From: Octopus vulgaris | Lineage: Eukaryota | Length of the DNA: 64,000 nt | Direction of reading: 5' to 3' | Assembly: GCA_951406725.2 (NCBI GenBank) | Contig: OX597818.1 | Span: 90,830,001-90,894,000, forward strand | Part shown: positions 26,544 through 44,126 of the stretch, in pieces | How the letters are laid out: the number at the start of each line of letters is the position of its first letter | Numbering within the stretch: the stretch's first letter is position 1 | Position numbers and translations under genes: made by a program | Notes under the pieces: generated by a model | What the model was told of the DNA's origin: nothing | What the model saw: only the letters and a program-made list of their open reading frames with translations | The model's database searches: none

Positions 26544-26875
26544 TAAAATATGTTTTGTTTTATCACAAGAACAGTAATCTCGAAATGTGTGTAAAAGTTA
26601 TGATGTGTACGAGTCATTATCGTTCATAATCTTGGTAGCCAATGGAGAATGTAGGAAATTCTTGCAAAATCTGAGAGTGGCTGATTAAATTGTTAAATTC
26701 TGAAGAACATATGTGAAGTGTTATAATTAAGATAACAGAGTTATTATATTTTAACTTGAGTTATGTATTAAATTGTCTGCCTAAACGAGATTGAGCTGAA
26801 TACAAAATATATTTATAATTGAATTTTGCTCTTAGTTTTCAGTTTTCAAATTATATATATGTTGTTCTATATATA

Positions 26876-27191
26876 CAGCTGCAAATCATATGATTTCATA
26901 ATTAGTGCAGAAATGCACTGTTTAATCTTCAGTGGAAGCATAACTCAAGATTTATAACGAATGAACAAAAATCAACATACCAGATGAACACCCAATGTAT
27001 CCAGCGTAGCATATAAAAATGTTCACTTTTCATACATCTATGTAAAAGGCAGGCTTTTTCGAATTGCATCTCTGTGTGTTCATCTGGTATGTTGATTTTT
27101 GTTCATTCGTTATGAATCTTGAATTATGCGTGCACTGACGATTAAAATGTGCATTTCTGCACTAATTATGAAATCATGGGAATTCCAGCTG
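26876..27191. mobile_element. MITE-like foldback with ~100-115-bp inverted arms, downstream of the gene 1 stop codon
   Basis: ATGATTTCATAATTAGTGCAGAAATGCAC...CATACCAGATGAACAC is mirrored by GTGTTCATCTGGTATG...GTGCATTTCTGCACTAATTATGAAATCAT. Confidence 0.8.
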
Positions 27192-27319
27192 AATTCTATT
27201 TCTAAAATTCTCGCTTCGAGAGTTGCATTCGATACTATGTGTTTATCTATTTTGTTAGTTTTGACTTTAAGAGTCCCTCCTAGCGTGTGGCATTTATGTA
27301 TAGTAATGCCCCCAATATA

Positions 27320-27352
<33 letters not shown>

Positions 27353-27382
27353 AGTATATATATATATATATATATATATATA

Positions 27383-27872
27383 CTAGCAGTATCGCCCGGC
27401 GTTGCTCGGGTTTGTAAGGGAAATAACTATATAAGCATTTTTAGAGAGTTACTTCCCTTATAAATTCGGGCTTTCTTAGCCATTTTTGTTTTGGTGTCTT
27501 CAAGCCATGAAGTCGTTGTTCTAAAAGAACGCTGGTTTCCTTCACAACGCATTACGACGTTGATTTCTTTACACTCCCTTCCCCACAGCTTCACGAGGGA
27601 GGGAAGGGGGAGAAGCAAACAGGTGCAGCTGTGAGCGTGGACGCCAACTCCGCCGCCATCGACACACGATGCATTTTATGCATTAAAATGGAATAAAAAA
27701 TGATGTTAAATTATTTTTTAAATCGTAGACTCATCGTTGACGCGCGCTAATAGTCAGACGGGCTCGATATAAATCACGACTATAAGATACTCGAATTTGG
27801 TTAAACTGCACCGCAAAATGTGGGAGGAGTTAGGAATCTAAATCGAAGGGGACAGACACTCACACAACTAGA

Positions 27873-27877
<5 letters not shown>
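27383..27877 (-). mobile_element. Short Helitron-type element in (TA)n
   Basis: CTAGCAGTATCGCCCGGCGTTGCTCGGG terminus shared with the 8431 copy, but a different interior. Confidence 0.7.
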
Positions 27878-27916
<39 letters not shown>

Positions 27917-27920
27917 TATA

Positions 27921-27952
<32 letters not shown>

Positions 27953-29428
27953 CATGCCTGTTCCCATCTGCCTCTAACTATTTAAATTCTTCCTTTGAGG
28001 AAGGACCTGGTTTTTAACAATGAGACAATCTTCATCGTTCGAATGTAGATCACGAAAGCCGTGTTACATTTTAAATTTGAGAAATGTCTTGCACATATTT
28101 ACTGTTCCACTCACAGATTGTATTTGTCATGTGCGAGATATTTTGCTGATAACTTTTTCTCAAAATATTAGTTTAGCTAGATTGTCGCTTTAACATTTAC
28201 TCAGAAAACAAAGTTCAAGGATATAAAAGCTGGAGGTTTTGAAGCATTCGCCCATACATATCTTTTTTCTATTTGATTTTCAAGTTAGCATTCACATCAT
28301 CCGCACTTTTGACCTAATGACGGTACATACGTTTTCTCATCTGTCCCAATCGACAATATCCGACCTGTGATGAATGAATACGTACGTATGTATGTATGGA
28401 TGTATGGATGGATGGATGGATGGATGGATGGATGGATGGATGGATGGATGGACGGACGGACGGACGGACGGACGGACGGACGGATAGCAAGACGAGTTGA
28501 AAGTTAAACCATATACTGTTCGAATATTTTATTGTTGGACAAATACAGTATACTTTAGGGAGATAAAAGTAGCTTTTTAATTCCATTGATATTAGATTTG
28601 TCCGTTTTGATAACTGGTTGATCTGTTTTGAAAATATGAATAATTCAGTCTCAGAGACACTAGGTATATTTACAAAATTAAATTGTATTTCGATACGTTG
28701 TGTATATGAAAGAGATACGCATTTATTTCAAAATGAATTTTGTTATACCGATATACTTAGTATTATTACTACCGTCTAGAAAATATATTTAATTTGGAAA
28801 ATTTCGGATTTATTAAAAAATCTCAGGGGCATCGTAAGTAGCATTTATACTTTCATTAAGATATACGTATGTGAATAAATTATACTAAAATTTTGTTCCG
28901 ATTGTCTTAGCTAAGGTGGAAGCCACAGTTGTGTTAAACTAACGCTTACATTTACTTTGTTGTCATTGAGTATTTAATGGTGGGAAACACATTGTTTTTA
29001 AATAACTATAAAAGTATTCGTTGTAATTTTAAAATAACGTTCAAGCTGAAATATAGATCAGTAAATTAAACTGCGTGATTTGTGGGGAGATGGTGCACTT
29101 ACTTTGTTGCTTTACACAATTAATTTGATCTTTGAAATGGGTAACTTTCGTTGCATTATTATCAAAATATTCATGATTGGAAAGGTCTTGGTAAAAGGAT
29201 TATTGAAAATACTAAGCTTACTAACAAACTTTTTGAAGACTTTAGCAGATAATCCAATTTTTTATTAATATATTGCATTTGCGCACAAGATATTCTTGCA
29301 GAAGGCGTGGCTGTATGGCTAAACGCATGCTTCCCGACCTCGTAATCTTGGAGGTTCAGTCTACAATTCGCGTAAGCTGCCCAAAACTTTGTCAGTGGAT
29401 TTTGTAGACGGAGACTGAAAGAAGTCCG

Positions 29429-29460
<32 letters not shown>

Positions 29461-30375
29461 GTGTGTGTGTGTGTGTATGTGTGTGTTTGTCTGTCACTTG
29501 GCAAGCAGCATTGGTTTGTTTAAAAACAAATGTTTTGTTGATTGAATTCGCGCTCAGAAATTAAGGACAGCCACCGACTCGAATCATTAAAAGCATTAAC
29601 CACGCAATTGATATTGTGCTGGCTAAAGCTCTAGCAGGAGAGATGATTACTTTCTAATTAGTTTAGGTTTATTCAAACTAGGGTTAAAACTATTCACATA
29701 ATTATGATATTATAAGAACGGAGTATCTTCTGAAAGTTTAGGACATCCTTTCGTTGAGAAGGGAGATATACATGCGGCACAGCTTTTGCTGCTCATCACT
29801 CATGAAATAAATTTAAAGTTGGTGAGAAATGAGGACGAGTCAAAGGTTAAATTTCCCCGCCTTTTTTTTTTTCGTTGCACATTGTCTGAAGAACCAAGAT
29901 TTTACTTTCGTATCTTTGCTAAGAAATTCACGGAGTCTTTTTTATTATAAGCTGAAAGTCGCTTATGTGTTTGAGCTTGTTCTGTGAAGTGTAAGATAAG
30001 CACACTAAATGCATTGCTCCCAGTACACACATTCTAGGAGACTGCAGTTGTTACGCCACCGAAGCTCCACAAAGTATTATCCTACCAAAATAAGACAATC
30101 ATGCAATATCAAGATATGTAATCACCATAAACCATGAACCGTTTAACATGCGAAATTCAGAATAACGAGATCCCATGATATAAAAGATTTACAGACAATA
30201 AATATGTATTACCATCTTAAGTTGCCTAACTCATATCACAATTGTTTCGAGACTACATCATATATATATATATGTGTGTGTGTATATATACATATACATA
30301 CATATATATATCTTTATATATATATATATATATATAAAGCATATCTATATATGTATATCTATGTATATATATATA

Positions 30376-30413
<38 letters not shown>

Positions 30414-31609
30414 TGTGTGTGTGTGTGTAATAAATATACATACAGCACAGTTAATATAATGAACATGTCAAATACAATGATGACAAGAGTAACAATTGCA
30501 AGTTCCTCTGAACATATGTTATGATGTTAATTATCAATTGTGACACTTTCCCTAATACTGAACATTAGACTTTGTGAACTAACAGAATAGTTATAAATGC
30601 AAATGAAGTTGACAAGCTGATAGCTAGCTTTAAATTTGACGTAGCACTAAGTCTCTTTAAACCTATATAATATGAAAATCAATCTCTGATTTACAGACTG
30701 TTGAAATCTGTTTTGAAAACTAAGATTAATCCGTATTCTTGGCAAAATCATGTCTTGCAAATTTGTAAATTTAATTTTCTGTCTTTCGAGTGTTTCTTGC
30801 GAAATGTACCATATGTGATAATGGTTTTATTTTTTAATTGATCATTTCTCAAGAGTATTAACGACTTAAGGTAACTTGAAGTTAGATGGTGGGAGGTTAA
30901 GTTATTAGGCTCACTCAAATCAACTAGACAGGTTTCATATATACATACGTGAATGAATACGTGGCAGCGTGCATGTGCGTGTGTGTGTTTGGGTGTGTTT
31001 ATGTGTGTCTGTGTGTGTTAAAAGTAAAGGAGGTAAAGTAGTGTTTTTCAACAAAGAAACACACACGCACACACAAATGCATTAAATACTGTTTTCTTCC
31101 AGTTTACACATCCATTCACAATGCTTTGGTCGGCTCGGAGCTATAGTAAATGACACTTGTACAAAGTACCACGAAGAGGAAGTGAACTCCGAACCATGTG
31201 ATCGGAAAGCAACCTTCTTACTACACAACGACACCTGAGAAAAATATCAAGAAATATAACAAATATGAAGTGCAAATTATTACAGTTGACAGTTGTAATA
31301 GAGGCCAGAGAGAAGAAGTGAGTCAAATGGTCTTAATAATTCATTGTTGAGTGTATGGGCGGACATAGCTGTGTGGATTAAATGTTAGCTCAAGAGGATT
31401 TGTATGTATCTGTGGTTAAGATGTTTGCCATAGGCGCAGACGGGGCTGTTTGTTTAACAAGATTTCATACAATCACACGGATTTGGGTTCTGTCCAATTG
31501 CGCGCCAACTTGGGCAAGTATCCTCAACTAGAGCCTCGAATTCACCAGTGTCTTACATTGGTATATATATACATATATAATATATATATATACTGACAAC
31601 CGATGCTGG

Positions 31610-31657
<48 letters not shown>

Positions 31658-31932
31658 TATATATACGTATAACTCACAATACGTCATGAAATTTTCGCCA
31701 AAATATTATTCAATGCCATCCAAAATAAGGTTTGTTCTGGAATATAAAGAATATTACTGTTATTGACTACATACATACCTACACATACATACATACATAC
31801 ATACATACATACATACATACATACTTACATGCATGCATGCATCCATACATACATGCATACATACATACATACATGCATACTTACATACATATATAAGAGA
31901 ACAGAGTGTACGTACGCCGCTGTATACATAAA

Positions 31933-31968
<36 letters not shown>

Positions 31969-33548
31969 AAATACAAAATGGGACAAGAACGCAAAACATC
32001 CGGACAACTGGGTGATAGAAAAAGGGGCAACAAAACATCCAGATAAACGATACAAAAAAAAAACAAGGACGGGTCATTCGAAGCTTTCTATTCTCAGTCA
32101 AGAACCAGATCATCCTTGCAATTTCAGCTGATTAATCTTGAGATTGCTCCAACGAAAAACTAAGCTAAGAGCATTAGATTCCTTGGAAGAAAGCATCGAA
32201 TGTATGCGAAAACAAGGACGGAAAAATATTGTTATAGAATTAAAAATACAATAAATACAATATAAATACATGCATTGGAGCACTTGGTTTTGAAAGTAAA
32301 TGCCTAAGTGTCAGTGTGGATAATCTTGGATTTTCAGAAAAAGAAATCCCCCAATTGTTTCTCACATTACAAATACGATCTGTAAGCGGAAGAGTAAAAC
32401 TGCAAGACTTTTCTCCCGTTTAAAATGTGACATTGTTGTCGTTATCTACATTCAAAAGATGGAGCTTTGCGTCATTGTTAGAGGAAGAACTGAAATGAGT
32501 GGCTGTGTGGTAAGTAGCTTGTTTACCAACCACATGGTTCCGGGTTCAGTCCCACTGCGTGAAACCTTGGGCAAGTATCTTCTACTATAGCCTCGGGCCG
32601 ACCAAAGCCCTGTGAGTGGATTTGGTAGACGGAAACTGAAAGAAGCCCGTCGTATATATGTATATATATATGAGTGTATGTGTGTCTGTGTTTGTCCCCC
32701 TAGCATTGCTTGACAACCGATGCTGGTGTGTTTATGTCCCCGTTACTTAGCAGTTCCGCAAAAGAGACCGATAGAATAAGTACTGGGCTTACAAAAGAAT
32801 AAGTCCCGGGATCGAATTGCTCGATTAAAGGCGGTGCTCCAGCATGGCCGCAGTCAAATGACTGAAACAAGTAAAAGAGTAAAAGAGATTAAAAACAGAA
32901 AAGACTTATATAAATACATACAAACCCGCATGTATACATACATAGGCGCAAGAGTGGCTGTGTGGTAAGTAGCTTGCTTACCAACCACATGGTTCCGGGT
33001 TCAGTCCCACTGCGTGGCACCTTGGGCAAGTGTCTTCTGCTATAGCTTCGGGCCGACCAAGGCTTTGTGATTGGATTTGGTAGACGGAAACTGAAAAAAG
33101 TATATATATGTATGTGTGTGTATATGTTTGTGTCTGCGTTTGTCCTCCCCAACATTGCTTGAAAACCGATGCCGGTGTGTTTATGTACCCGTAACTTAGC
33201 TGTTCGGCAAAAAAGACCGATAGAATAAGTACTAGGCTTACAAAGAGTAAGTCCTGGGGGCGATTTGCTTGACTAAATGTGGTGCTCCAGCACGGCTGCA
33301 GTCAAATGACTGAAACAAGTAAAATAGATAAAATAGATAAACGAGATGCATACATACATACATACATACATACATACATACATTTCATACATACATACAT
33401 ACATACATACATACATACATGATTATATACATTTCCTGCATTCATGCATACATACATTAATACATAAATACATACATACATACATACATACATTCATACA
33501 TACATACATACATACATACATACATACATACATACATACTTTCATACA

Positions 33549-33582
<34 letters not shown>

Positions 33583-35049
33583 CATACATACATACATACA
33601 TACATACATACATACATACATACATACATACATACATACATACATACATACATACATACATACATACATACATACAAACATAAACACGCGAAAACCATAA
33701 AGTGAGAAAATTATCATGGTGAACACTAAGTGAATGAAGAGAACGTTTGAAAAAATCAATGTCACGTGACATTTTTCAATCGTATTCAATAGTCTATTTC
33801 CACCCTACCATTAATATTTTTCGTTTGCTTTGCAATAGCCGGTGTTATTAGGAATTCAGAGCAATTGAAGCCAGGCTTATGGCATTCAACTGATATTCTA
33901 AGAAAATATATTTACTAGAAAAAAGGTTTTGTAAAATAGCTGCCATGCCGATATTTTCTGTCATTTCACGAACATTGAATTCACTTATGAATCTGTCAAA
34001 TGTTGCACACTCTTTTAGACAGAATCAATATTGTACAATTTTATCGAACGAGTTTGGTATATATATACAAGGCATTTTGTCTATTACTTGCCATCTAAAT
34101 ATACATTCATATACACATCCGCCTATATGTCATTCATATATGCGAAAAAAGCTCAAGGGTCCTTCCCGGGCCATAAGCTCGTAAGACCAGTTTCCCGGAT
34201 CTTTTAGCGCATCCCACCACCAGACGCGAAGGACGCTGCTCTGTAGCAAGATCGCCCTCCCATACAAGCATACACACACATGAACATGCACACACATACA
34301 CACAATCTCTCACACACAAAGGCACACACGGATGCGACGACGACCGAACATATAAAGGAACTCTCCCATTTAGCTCGCATGTCCTTGTTTGTGTTTATCG
34401 ATATGTGTATATACGCATGCATGTATAAGTGTGTACGCGTGTATTATCACATGACGGTGTATATGTATGCATGTAACTATTCAACAGATGCAACGGTTAA
34501 TCCAGACACTTTTCTCTTACTTTCCTTGTTACATGCGAGGCAATGGCAAAAGTTTATTTATATCTACCTCTATATCGCAAATCTTGTTGAAATTCTTCTA
34601 ACCACTTAGTTTGTCAAATTTTCACCAGATTATCTTTAAAAAAATAACAAGATCCCTGCTCGAACCTACATCGGCAGATATATCAATGGTAATGACGGTA
34701 TTGTACTCACTATGTTAATGTAGAGCTAAATATGGAAATATATCTCCAGATGAACAAATGGACTGGAAAGAATATACAATGGAGATATTTAAAATATTTT
34801 TACAAGATTCTAAGCGTCGATACATCAAAAGTTAATGCCTTGCGTTCACAATTAGGTGTGTCTCTGTTTTTGTGTGTATTTGTGTGTGTGTGTGTTTGTG
34901 TGTGCTTTGTTTGTGAGTATATATACATATACAGTCTCAAATGTTTATATATATATATATGTATATATATATTCTCAAATGCTTACATACATATATATAT
35001 ATAGTCTCAAATGCTTATATATATGTATATACACATTCTCAAATGCTAT

Positions 35050-36632
<1,583 letters not shown>

Positions 36633-37006
36633 ATAGATATTAGATTTGTTTGTGTCTGTGTTTGACACTTCGCTTTCGCTTGACAACCGATGCTGGGGTG
36701 TTTAACTCCATTTAACTTAGCTCTTTGGCAAAGTAACTGATATAATAAGTACTAGGCTAACAAAGAATAAACCCTCGGGTCGATTTCTTCGACTAAGAAC
36801 TTTTAAGGTGGTGCTCCAGTCAAATGTCTGAAACAAGAAAAAGAATCAAAGAAGATATATATGTTTATATATAATGTATGTACATATATATCTAAACATA
36901 TGTACTCATACATATGTATGTATATATGTATATATATACATATATACAAACACATGTATACATATACATATATAAATGTAAGTGTATAAATTTATATGTG
37001 TATATA

Positions 37007-37041
<35 letters not shown>

Positions 37042-38416
37042 ATGTATGTATGTATGTATGTATGGATCAAGGGTTGAACAGAAAGTACACAAGAAACAAA
37101 AAAATTAGACGAAAGCAGAGCAAACGGAAAATTAGAGGGAAATGGAAAAGCACAACACAGAAAATTCGCAGCTGATTTCCTCGTCAGCCAATGATTCAAT
37201 ATATCACGGCATTTACCATTGAGACAACTTAATTTTGGTGGCCCCAGAGCATTTTCTAGGGAGGAAGCTAGGGAATGTTTACAAGGACTTAAACAAACAA
37301 GTCATTATATAAATACAACTGATAAGTTTGTAAGTGTAAATTAAAGTAGTACTCGATCTGTTACGACGACGAGTGTTCTAATTAATGTGATTAAATGAGT
37401 AACCTGCATGTGAAAATAACGTGCAAGTGGCTGAGCACTTCACAGACAAGCCTTCTCTTAACGTAGTTCCCAGGGAAATTTATCGTGACACAGAATGAGA
37501 CAAGCTATTACTCATTTTTGCCAGCTGAGTGCGATGGAGAAATATGAAATAAGGTGTCTTACTCAAAGACAAAACGCGCCACCGTGAATCGAACACCCTA
37601 TCTTACGATGATGAGCCCTCACCACTAAGCCACGGTCCTTCCCTATGTGCATTAATGTATTCACACATATACATGAAAACATATATATTTATATACATAT
37701 ATACATAAATACGTACATATATGCGCACATATATGCATACATACGCACATACGTACATACATTAGACCCTTACCACCACTAATTTAATAACAAAGTAAAG
37801 AAGAGAACAGTCTTCTAGTGGGAAAGCCTTTCTCTTTCACATTTGTGTAATATTAATGTCCCACCGTTAATTTTTGATTAAATATTCATGCTAAAGTTAT
37901 GAGCATAACATATCGGTTGGTGTTTCAACCACTTGAGAGACATCTATGACCCTTAAGGTGTTAATTTATAATGAACAGTAAAAAATTAATTATCCATTGT
38001 TAGCAGCTGGAGATGCCAGTGTGTGATTCATGCAAACATTGTCCGTCGCTCTTCAATGCAGTAGCTATTTCCCTTGAGAAGCTGTGCTTTGTTCTTTATT
38101 TTTTATTTTTGCTATCCTAATATTTTTTGAAATCAATTTCATTAAAAATCTTTACTGTTAATTCATTATTTATAATTACACGAACAGGCGTGTCTGTGTA
38201 GCTGAGAAGTGTGCTTCTCAACCATGTAGTCTTTGGTTCAGTCTCGCTGATTGGCACTTTGACCAACTGTTTTTGAGTGAATTTGATATACGGAAACAGA
38301 GAGAAGTCCATCTGGTATGTATGTGTGTATATATGCATACGTATACATATATGTATATATGTGTGTGTGTATATGTATGTGTGTATGTATATATGTATAT
38401 ATATCAGAGATATAAA

Positions 38417-38459
<43 letters not shown>

Positions 38460-38465
38460 GTACAT

Positions 38466-38519
<54 letters not shown>

Positions 38520-39063
38520 ATATATAGATATATATATAAAATTAGTTTTAGAGACAGAACCACCTTCAACTCAATCAACACTGAAATATTTTCTACCCGA
38601 CCACTCCATATAATGTTAAGTATTAAATCTTATACCAACTATATCTATTCTGAATCCCGTATGTTCCGTTTATAAGACTACATGTGTTTCATGACAGAAG
38701 ATCAAAGAGTAAAACAGTAGATAGAAGAATACAGACAGGAGAATAAAGTTCACAGCTCATCTTCTTTTAGGGGCTATGGAAACTGGTCTATACTACTCTG
38801 ATGATATAGGTCCTTAAGTATATTCCCAGGTCATTCCAGGCAATATTTTGAATGCTGCGTTCATATTGAACCCAACGGGTGACCAATTATAGTATTTACA
38901 CAGCGTATCTATTCGTTTAGATCACCAGTGAACTAAACTCTTCATATTCTTTATATATACATAAACATAAACACATACATATCAAATATGAGTATATATG
39001 TAGTATATATACATACACATGCATATACATATATACATATACATAATATAAATAATATATTTA

Positions 39064-39370
39064 TGCATATGTGGGTACAGGACGTCACAAGACATAAACA
39101 ACATAAAATACGAGAACAAAGTTTGATACGCAAAATACGAGTGTTTCAAATGGAAAACAACACAAGTAACATAAAGGACGTCCCTTAATCAGTTGGCTGT
39201 CCATCTACTCTTCATTCGAACATTAAACGACTAGACAGCGGACAACTGATGAAGGAACGTTCTTTATGTTACTTGTGTTTTCCATTTGTTTCTCTCGTTT
39301 GCGTATCCAACTTTGTTTTCGTATTATATGTTGTTTACGTTTCGTGACGTCCTGTACCGATATATGCATA
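39064..39370. repeat. Inverted pair of TA-associated element ends (~130-bp arms)
   Basis: GTACAGGACGTCAC...ACACAAGTAACATAAAG is mirrored by CTTTATGTTACTTGTGT...GTGACGTCCTGTAC. Confidence 0.8.
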
Positions 39371-39813
39371 TATATATATGTATTCATATTTATACATATG
39401 TATGTAAGTATATATGCATATATATATATATACATATATACGTATTTATGTACATATATGTATGTATATATGCATTTGCTAAACCTCGCTAAAATAAATA
39501 TTTCAATTAACCTGAAGATTGACTGTAACCATACCGCGAATTATTACGAATTGTACAGCCATGAAACGATCGTAGTGTTTTACTCTTTATCTTTTATTAA
39601 ACTTGTAACACTTTTGATATATATTTAAATAATATAAATTAATTAATTTTATATATTGGTTTATGTTTTTCATTGTTTGATTTGCCTAATAGTGGTTTTA
39701 TCTCTAATATAATATAATATAATATAATATAATATAATATATTTTACTATAAAATTGGATTTAATCCTAAATCTGATTTTTCTCTGTAAGTTTGGATTTA
39801 TTCCCTAATATTT

Positions 39814-39929
<116 letters not shown>

Positions 39930-40057
39930 TGATATTATTATTTGATTGAACGCCACGCATACATTTGCAAGTAAGTTTATACATATACATATGTACGTAT
40001 ACACACACACAGCTATATAGAGAGAAAGAGATATACGCACACATCTATAAGTATGTA

Positions 40058-40213
<156 letters not shown>

Positions 40214-40814
40214 CATAAAGCAAAAGCGGAGGAAAAAGACAAGAAAAATAACGACAGTGCGAGGACGTGGTACATACATAAGACGCTCCGAGAAAGAAAC
40301 AAAGGATGGTTTACGTTTCGAGCAAAGCTCTTCTTCAGATATAGGAGACAGAGGTAAGTCCAAGAGAAAAGGAAGAAGGAGGAAAAAAATCGCAACAGTC
40401 CACATGTGGTTACATTTTAGAATATATACATATACGTACATACATATATATGTATATGTATATATACACATATACATATATAGAGAGAGACGGGGAGAGG
40501 GAGAGGAGAAAGAGGGGGAGAGCAACAGACACAGACAGAATAGTTGTTTTTATGTATCGTTATAAGGGTTTGTGCAAGTATGGTTATGAGTTAAACGTGT
40601 ATGAAAACAGAGAAACAAAGTTTGTCCTTCATTTAAATTGTTACAGTGTATTTATGTCTCTCATATCAAAGATTGTCTGCTACTCAATGGAGCTGTTCTA
40701 GTCGTTATTGTTATTGGACGAGTTGGTTGAACTATTATAATAAAATCAGTTCGTATAACATCAGACGCAGAATGCATATTAACAGATACCGATACGTTAT
40801 AAAATAAAAATAGC

Positions 40815-40949
<135 letters not shown>

Positions 40950-40964
40950 AATAACAACAACAAC

Positions 40965-41028
<64 letters not shown>

Positions 41029-41250
41029 TGAGAAGAAGAGGAGGAAGTGGAAAAAGAAGAAGAAGAAGAAGAAGAAGAAGAAGAAGAAGAAGAAGAAGAA
41101 GAAGAAGAATGAAATTCGTTATTTACTCTAGGTATATTACACTACTGCACGCAAACATATACGGACTCATAATGATTGCAGACATGTGCGCATATAGATA
41201 TATGGATATATGTGTGTATGTGTATATGTATATATGTATATGTATATGTA

Positions 41251-41291
<41 letters not shown>

Positions 41292-41349
41292 TATATACAT
41301 GTATGATATACATATATATATATACATACATATACATACACACACACAC

Positions 41350-41381
<32 letters not shown>

Positions 41382-41819
41382 GGATATGTATGTATGTATG
41401 TATGTACTCATACGTACGTAGACGCTTGCAGACCTACAGAAACGAGCGCTCCAAATATACTCGCATATTAAATATGTCAAACAGACAAAGGTACATAATT
41501 CAAATCAAAGTAAGATGTCTCTATTCTATGCGGAATATTACAAAGCTTAATTATAGTTTCCTCTGTCTTTGCTTCATTGGAATGCTAAGTCACAAATGTC
41601 ATGTGATTCTCGTATTAAAGCCAAGTCTTTGTTCTCAGACATCATATTCGTTACCAGAGAATACGGCTGAAGGAATTTTGGAGGCATTACAACGTTATTA
41701 ACTGACCAAAGTGGATCCAATTTGCAGTTTTAAGTTGTATTCTTTATCAATATTGCTGTTCGTTTAAGCGAGATACGAGGTCATTATGTAGTTTGTTATA
41801 TACTGAAAATGCTGGTGTG

Positions 41820-41889
<70 letters not shown>

Positions 41890-41957
41890 TATATACTTAT
41901 ACGTATATATACATATATGTATATATATATATATATATACATTTATATATATGTATG

Positions 41958-41997
<40 letters not shown>

Positions 41998-42008
41998 GGT
42001 GTATAAAT

Positions 42009-42086
<78 letters not shown>

Positions 42087-42325
42087 ATGGGCACATACAC
42101 ACAATACACGCAGTTTCGTATATATATAGTGAGAGAATGAGAGATATAGAAAAATAGATAGATATTTTGATAGAAAGATAGACAGGTAGAGAGAGATATA
42201 GATGTATTTTTATGTATTTTTACGTACACACACATGTATATATATTGATAACTGTACATAACAGTTAATGGATATGTATGTATATGTATAGACACTTAAA
42301 CTAATATACGCTTCTAACTTTTTAA

Positions 42326-42376
<51 letters not shown>

Positions 42377-42639
42377 AATAAGTGGTGGGAAAGACACTAC
42401 AATGTATTGGTACACTTATTTATTAATTTTTGTATATATTTATTATTTTTTTGAAAAAAACATTGTAAATTTCTTTTTTCCACTTCCTCAATTTAAAAAA
42501 AATATTTTCCCTTCCAAATCTTGAAAATTTGCCTTGCAAAGAAAGGCGCTTTGATTTCTTTTTTTTAATTCTTCATACATCCATTTTTATTAAAATTTAC
42601 TTTCAGTTTAACATTCTGTCTTATTATTGCTTTCCTCTC

Positions 42640-42687
<48 letters not shown>

Positions 42688-42727
42688 GCATATACATACA
42701 TGTATATATACATAAAAACACACACAC

Positions 42728-42780
<53 letters not shown>

Positions 42781-42817
42781 TTATATACATACAAACATAT
42801 ATATGTATATATATATA

Positions 42818-44069
42818 CACAAACTTGCAGGAAGTAAATAGACACATTTAAATTTCAAAATATCTGATCTAAGCGTCTTAATATGTTTTCAGCGGTGTAG
42901 AACTTGCAAAGTAAATATACTTTTTCATTCCAGGTATCATTACATTAAACATTTGCGAAGAGTAACCATCACACGCATAAAAAATTCAGCACAACTATCA
43001 GATTTTCAAAGAAGTCGTATTGTTGGGCAATCTGAGGCTGGTGTTAGACAGCGAAAAATTGCCGAAAAGCTTCAAATTCCATTTGCTACTGTTAATAGAA
43101 TTGTAGTGCAGTTCAAAAGCCAAGGTTTCTCATCCCGACCGAGCTGGGCCCTTGGAAAGGAAACTTCGCTGTTTGAAGAGAATTGTGGAAAACGAACCCC
43201 GTTCGAAGGCTTCTGATATTGCAAAACAGCTAGAAGTTAGTCCAAGAATGTGTCTTACACGAGCTTGGTAATATGGACGAGCCTGTAGAAGAAAACCTCT
43301 CCTTCAACCAATTAATATCATGAAAAGAAAGAAATGGGCTAAGGAGATATCAGAAACTTCCAGTTCATTTTGGGATAGACTGATTTTCTGAGATGATTCC
43401 AGATTTGCATTATTTTCAGACATTGGACGTGTTTGGGTCTAGAGGCTTCCCAATCAAGAATTTGATTTGAAACGACTCCAACCAACTGTGAAGCATGGCG
43501 GTATTTCTGTAATGGTATGGGAAGCTGTCACTAGCAATGTTTGTTCTGAGTTAATCGAATGTGCTGGAAACATAAACTCTTAACAATACACAGAATTACT
43601 TAAGTGAAGACTACTTCCGATGTATTCACACAATAACATAACAAAAATGAGTTTTATTCAGGAAAGATGGGACTCCATGCTACATATCGAAAGGGAATCA
43701 ACAATACCTGACTGAAAATGGGATCAATAAACTTCCTTGGTCGAGCCACCATCCCGACATGAACACAACAGAAAATCTCTGGAGCATACTAGATAGAGCT
43801 ATACGAAAAACTCGACTGAAACCTAAATCGAATGATGAATTATTTTGATTGTTGCGTGAAAAGTGGGCAGACATTCCACAAGAGACAATCACAAAGCTCA
43901 TCAGTTCAATGCGAAAAAGAGTTTCTGAATTAAAAACTGTAAAGGGAATGTCAACTAAATACTAATGTATGTAGTCCTACCTATCGACTACATTTCAATT
44001 GTTCGCTTTGCGTATTAAATAAAAGATTTTGAAAACTAAAGGTATCTATTTACTTCCTGCATGTCTGTG
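42818..44069 (+). mobile_element. Near full-length Tc1-like transposon with a pseudogenised transposase
   Basis: TA|CACAAACTTGCAGGAAGTAAATAGA...TCTATTTACTTCCTGCATGTCTGTG|TA TIRs with TA flanks. HTH LSDFQRSRIVG..IAEKLQIP..TVNRIV; [13 protein letters not shown]; WSSHHPDMNTTENLW. Several stops and frameshifts. Confidence 0.92.
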
Positions 44070-44081
44070 TACATATATACA

Positions 44082-44126
<45 letters not shown>

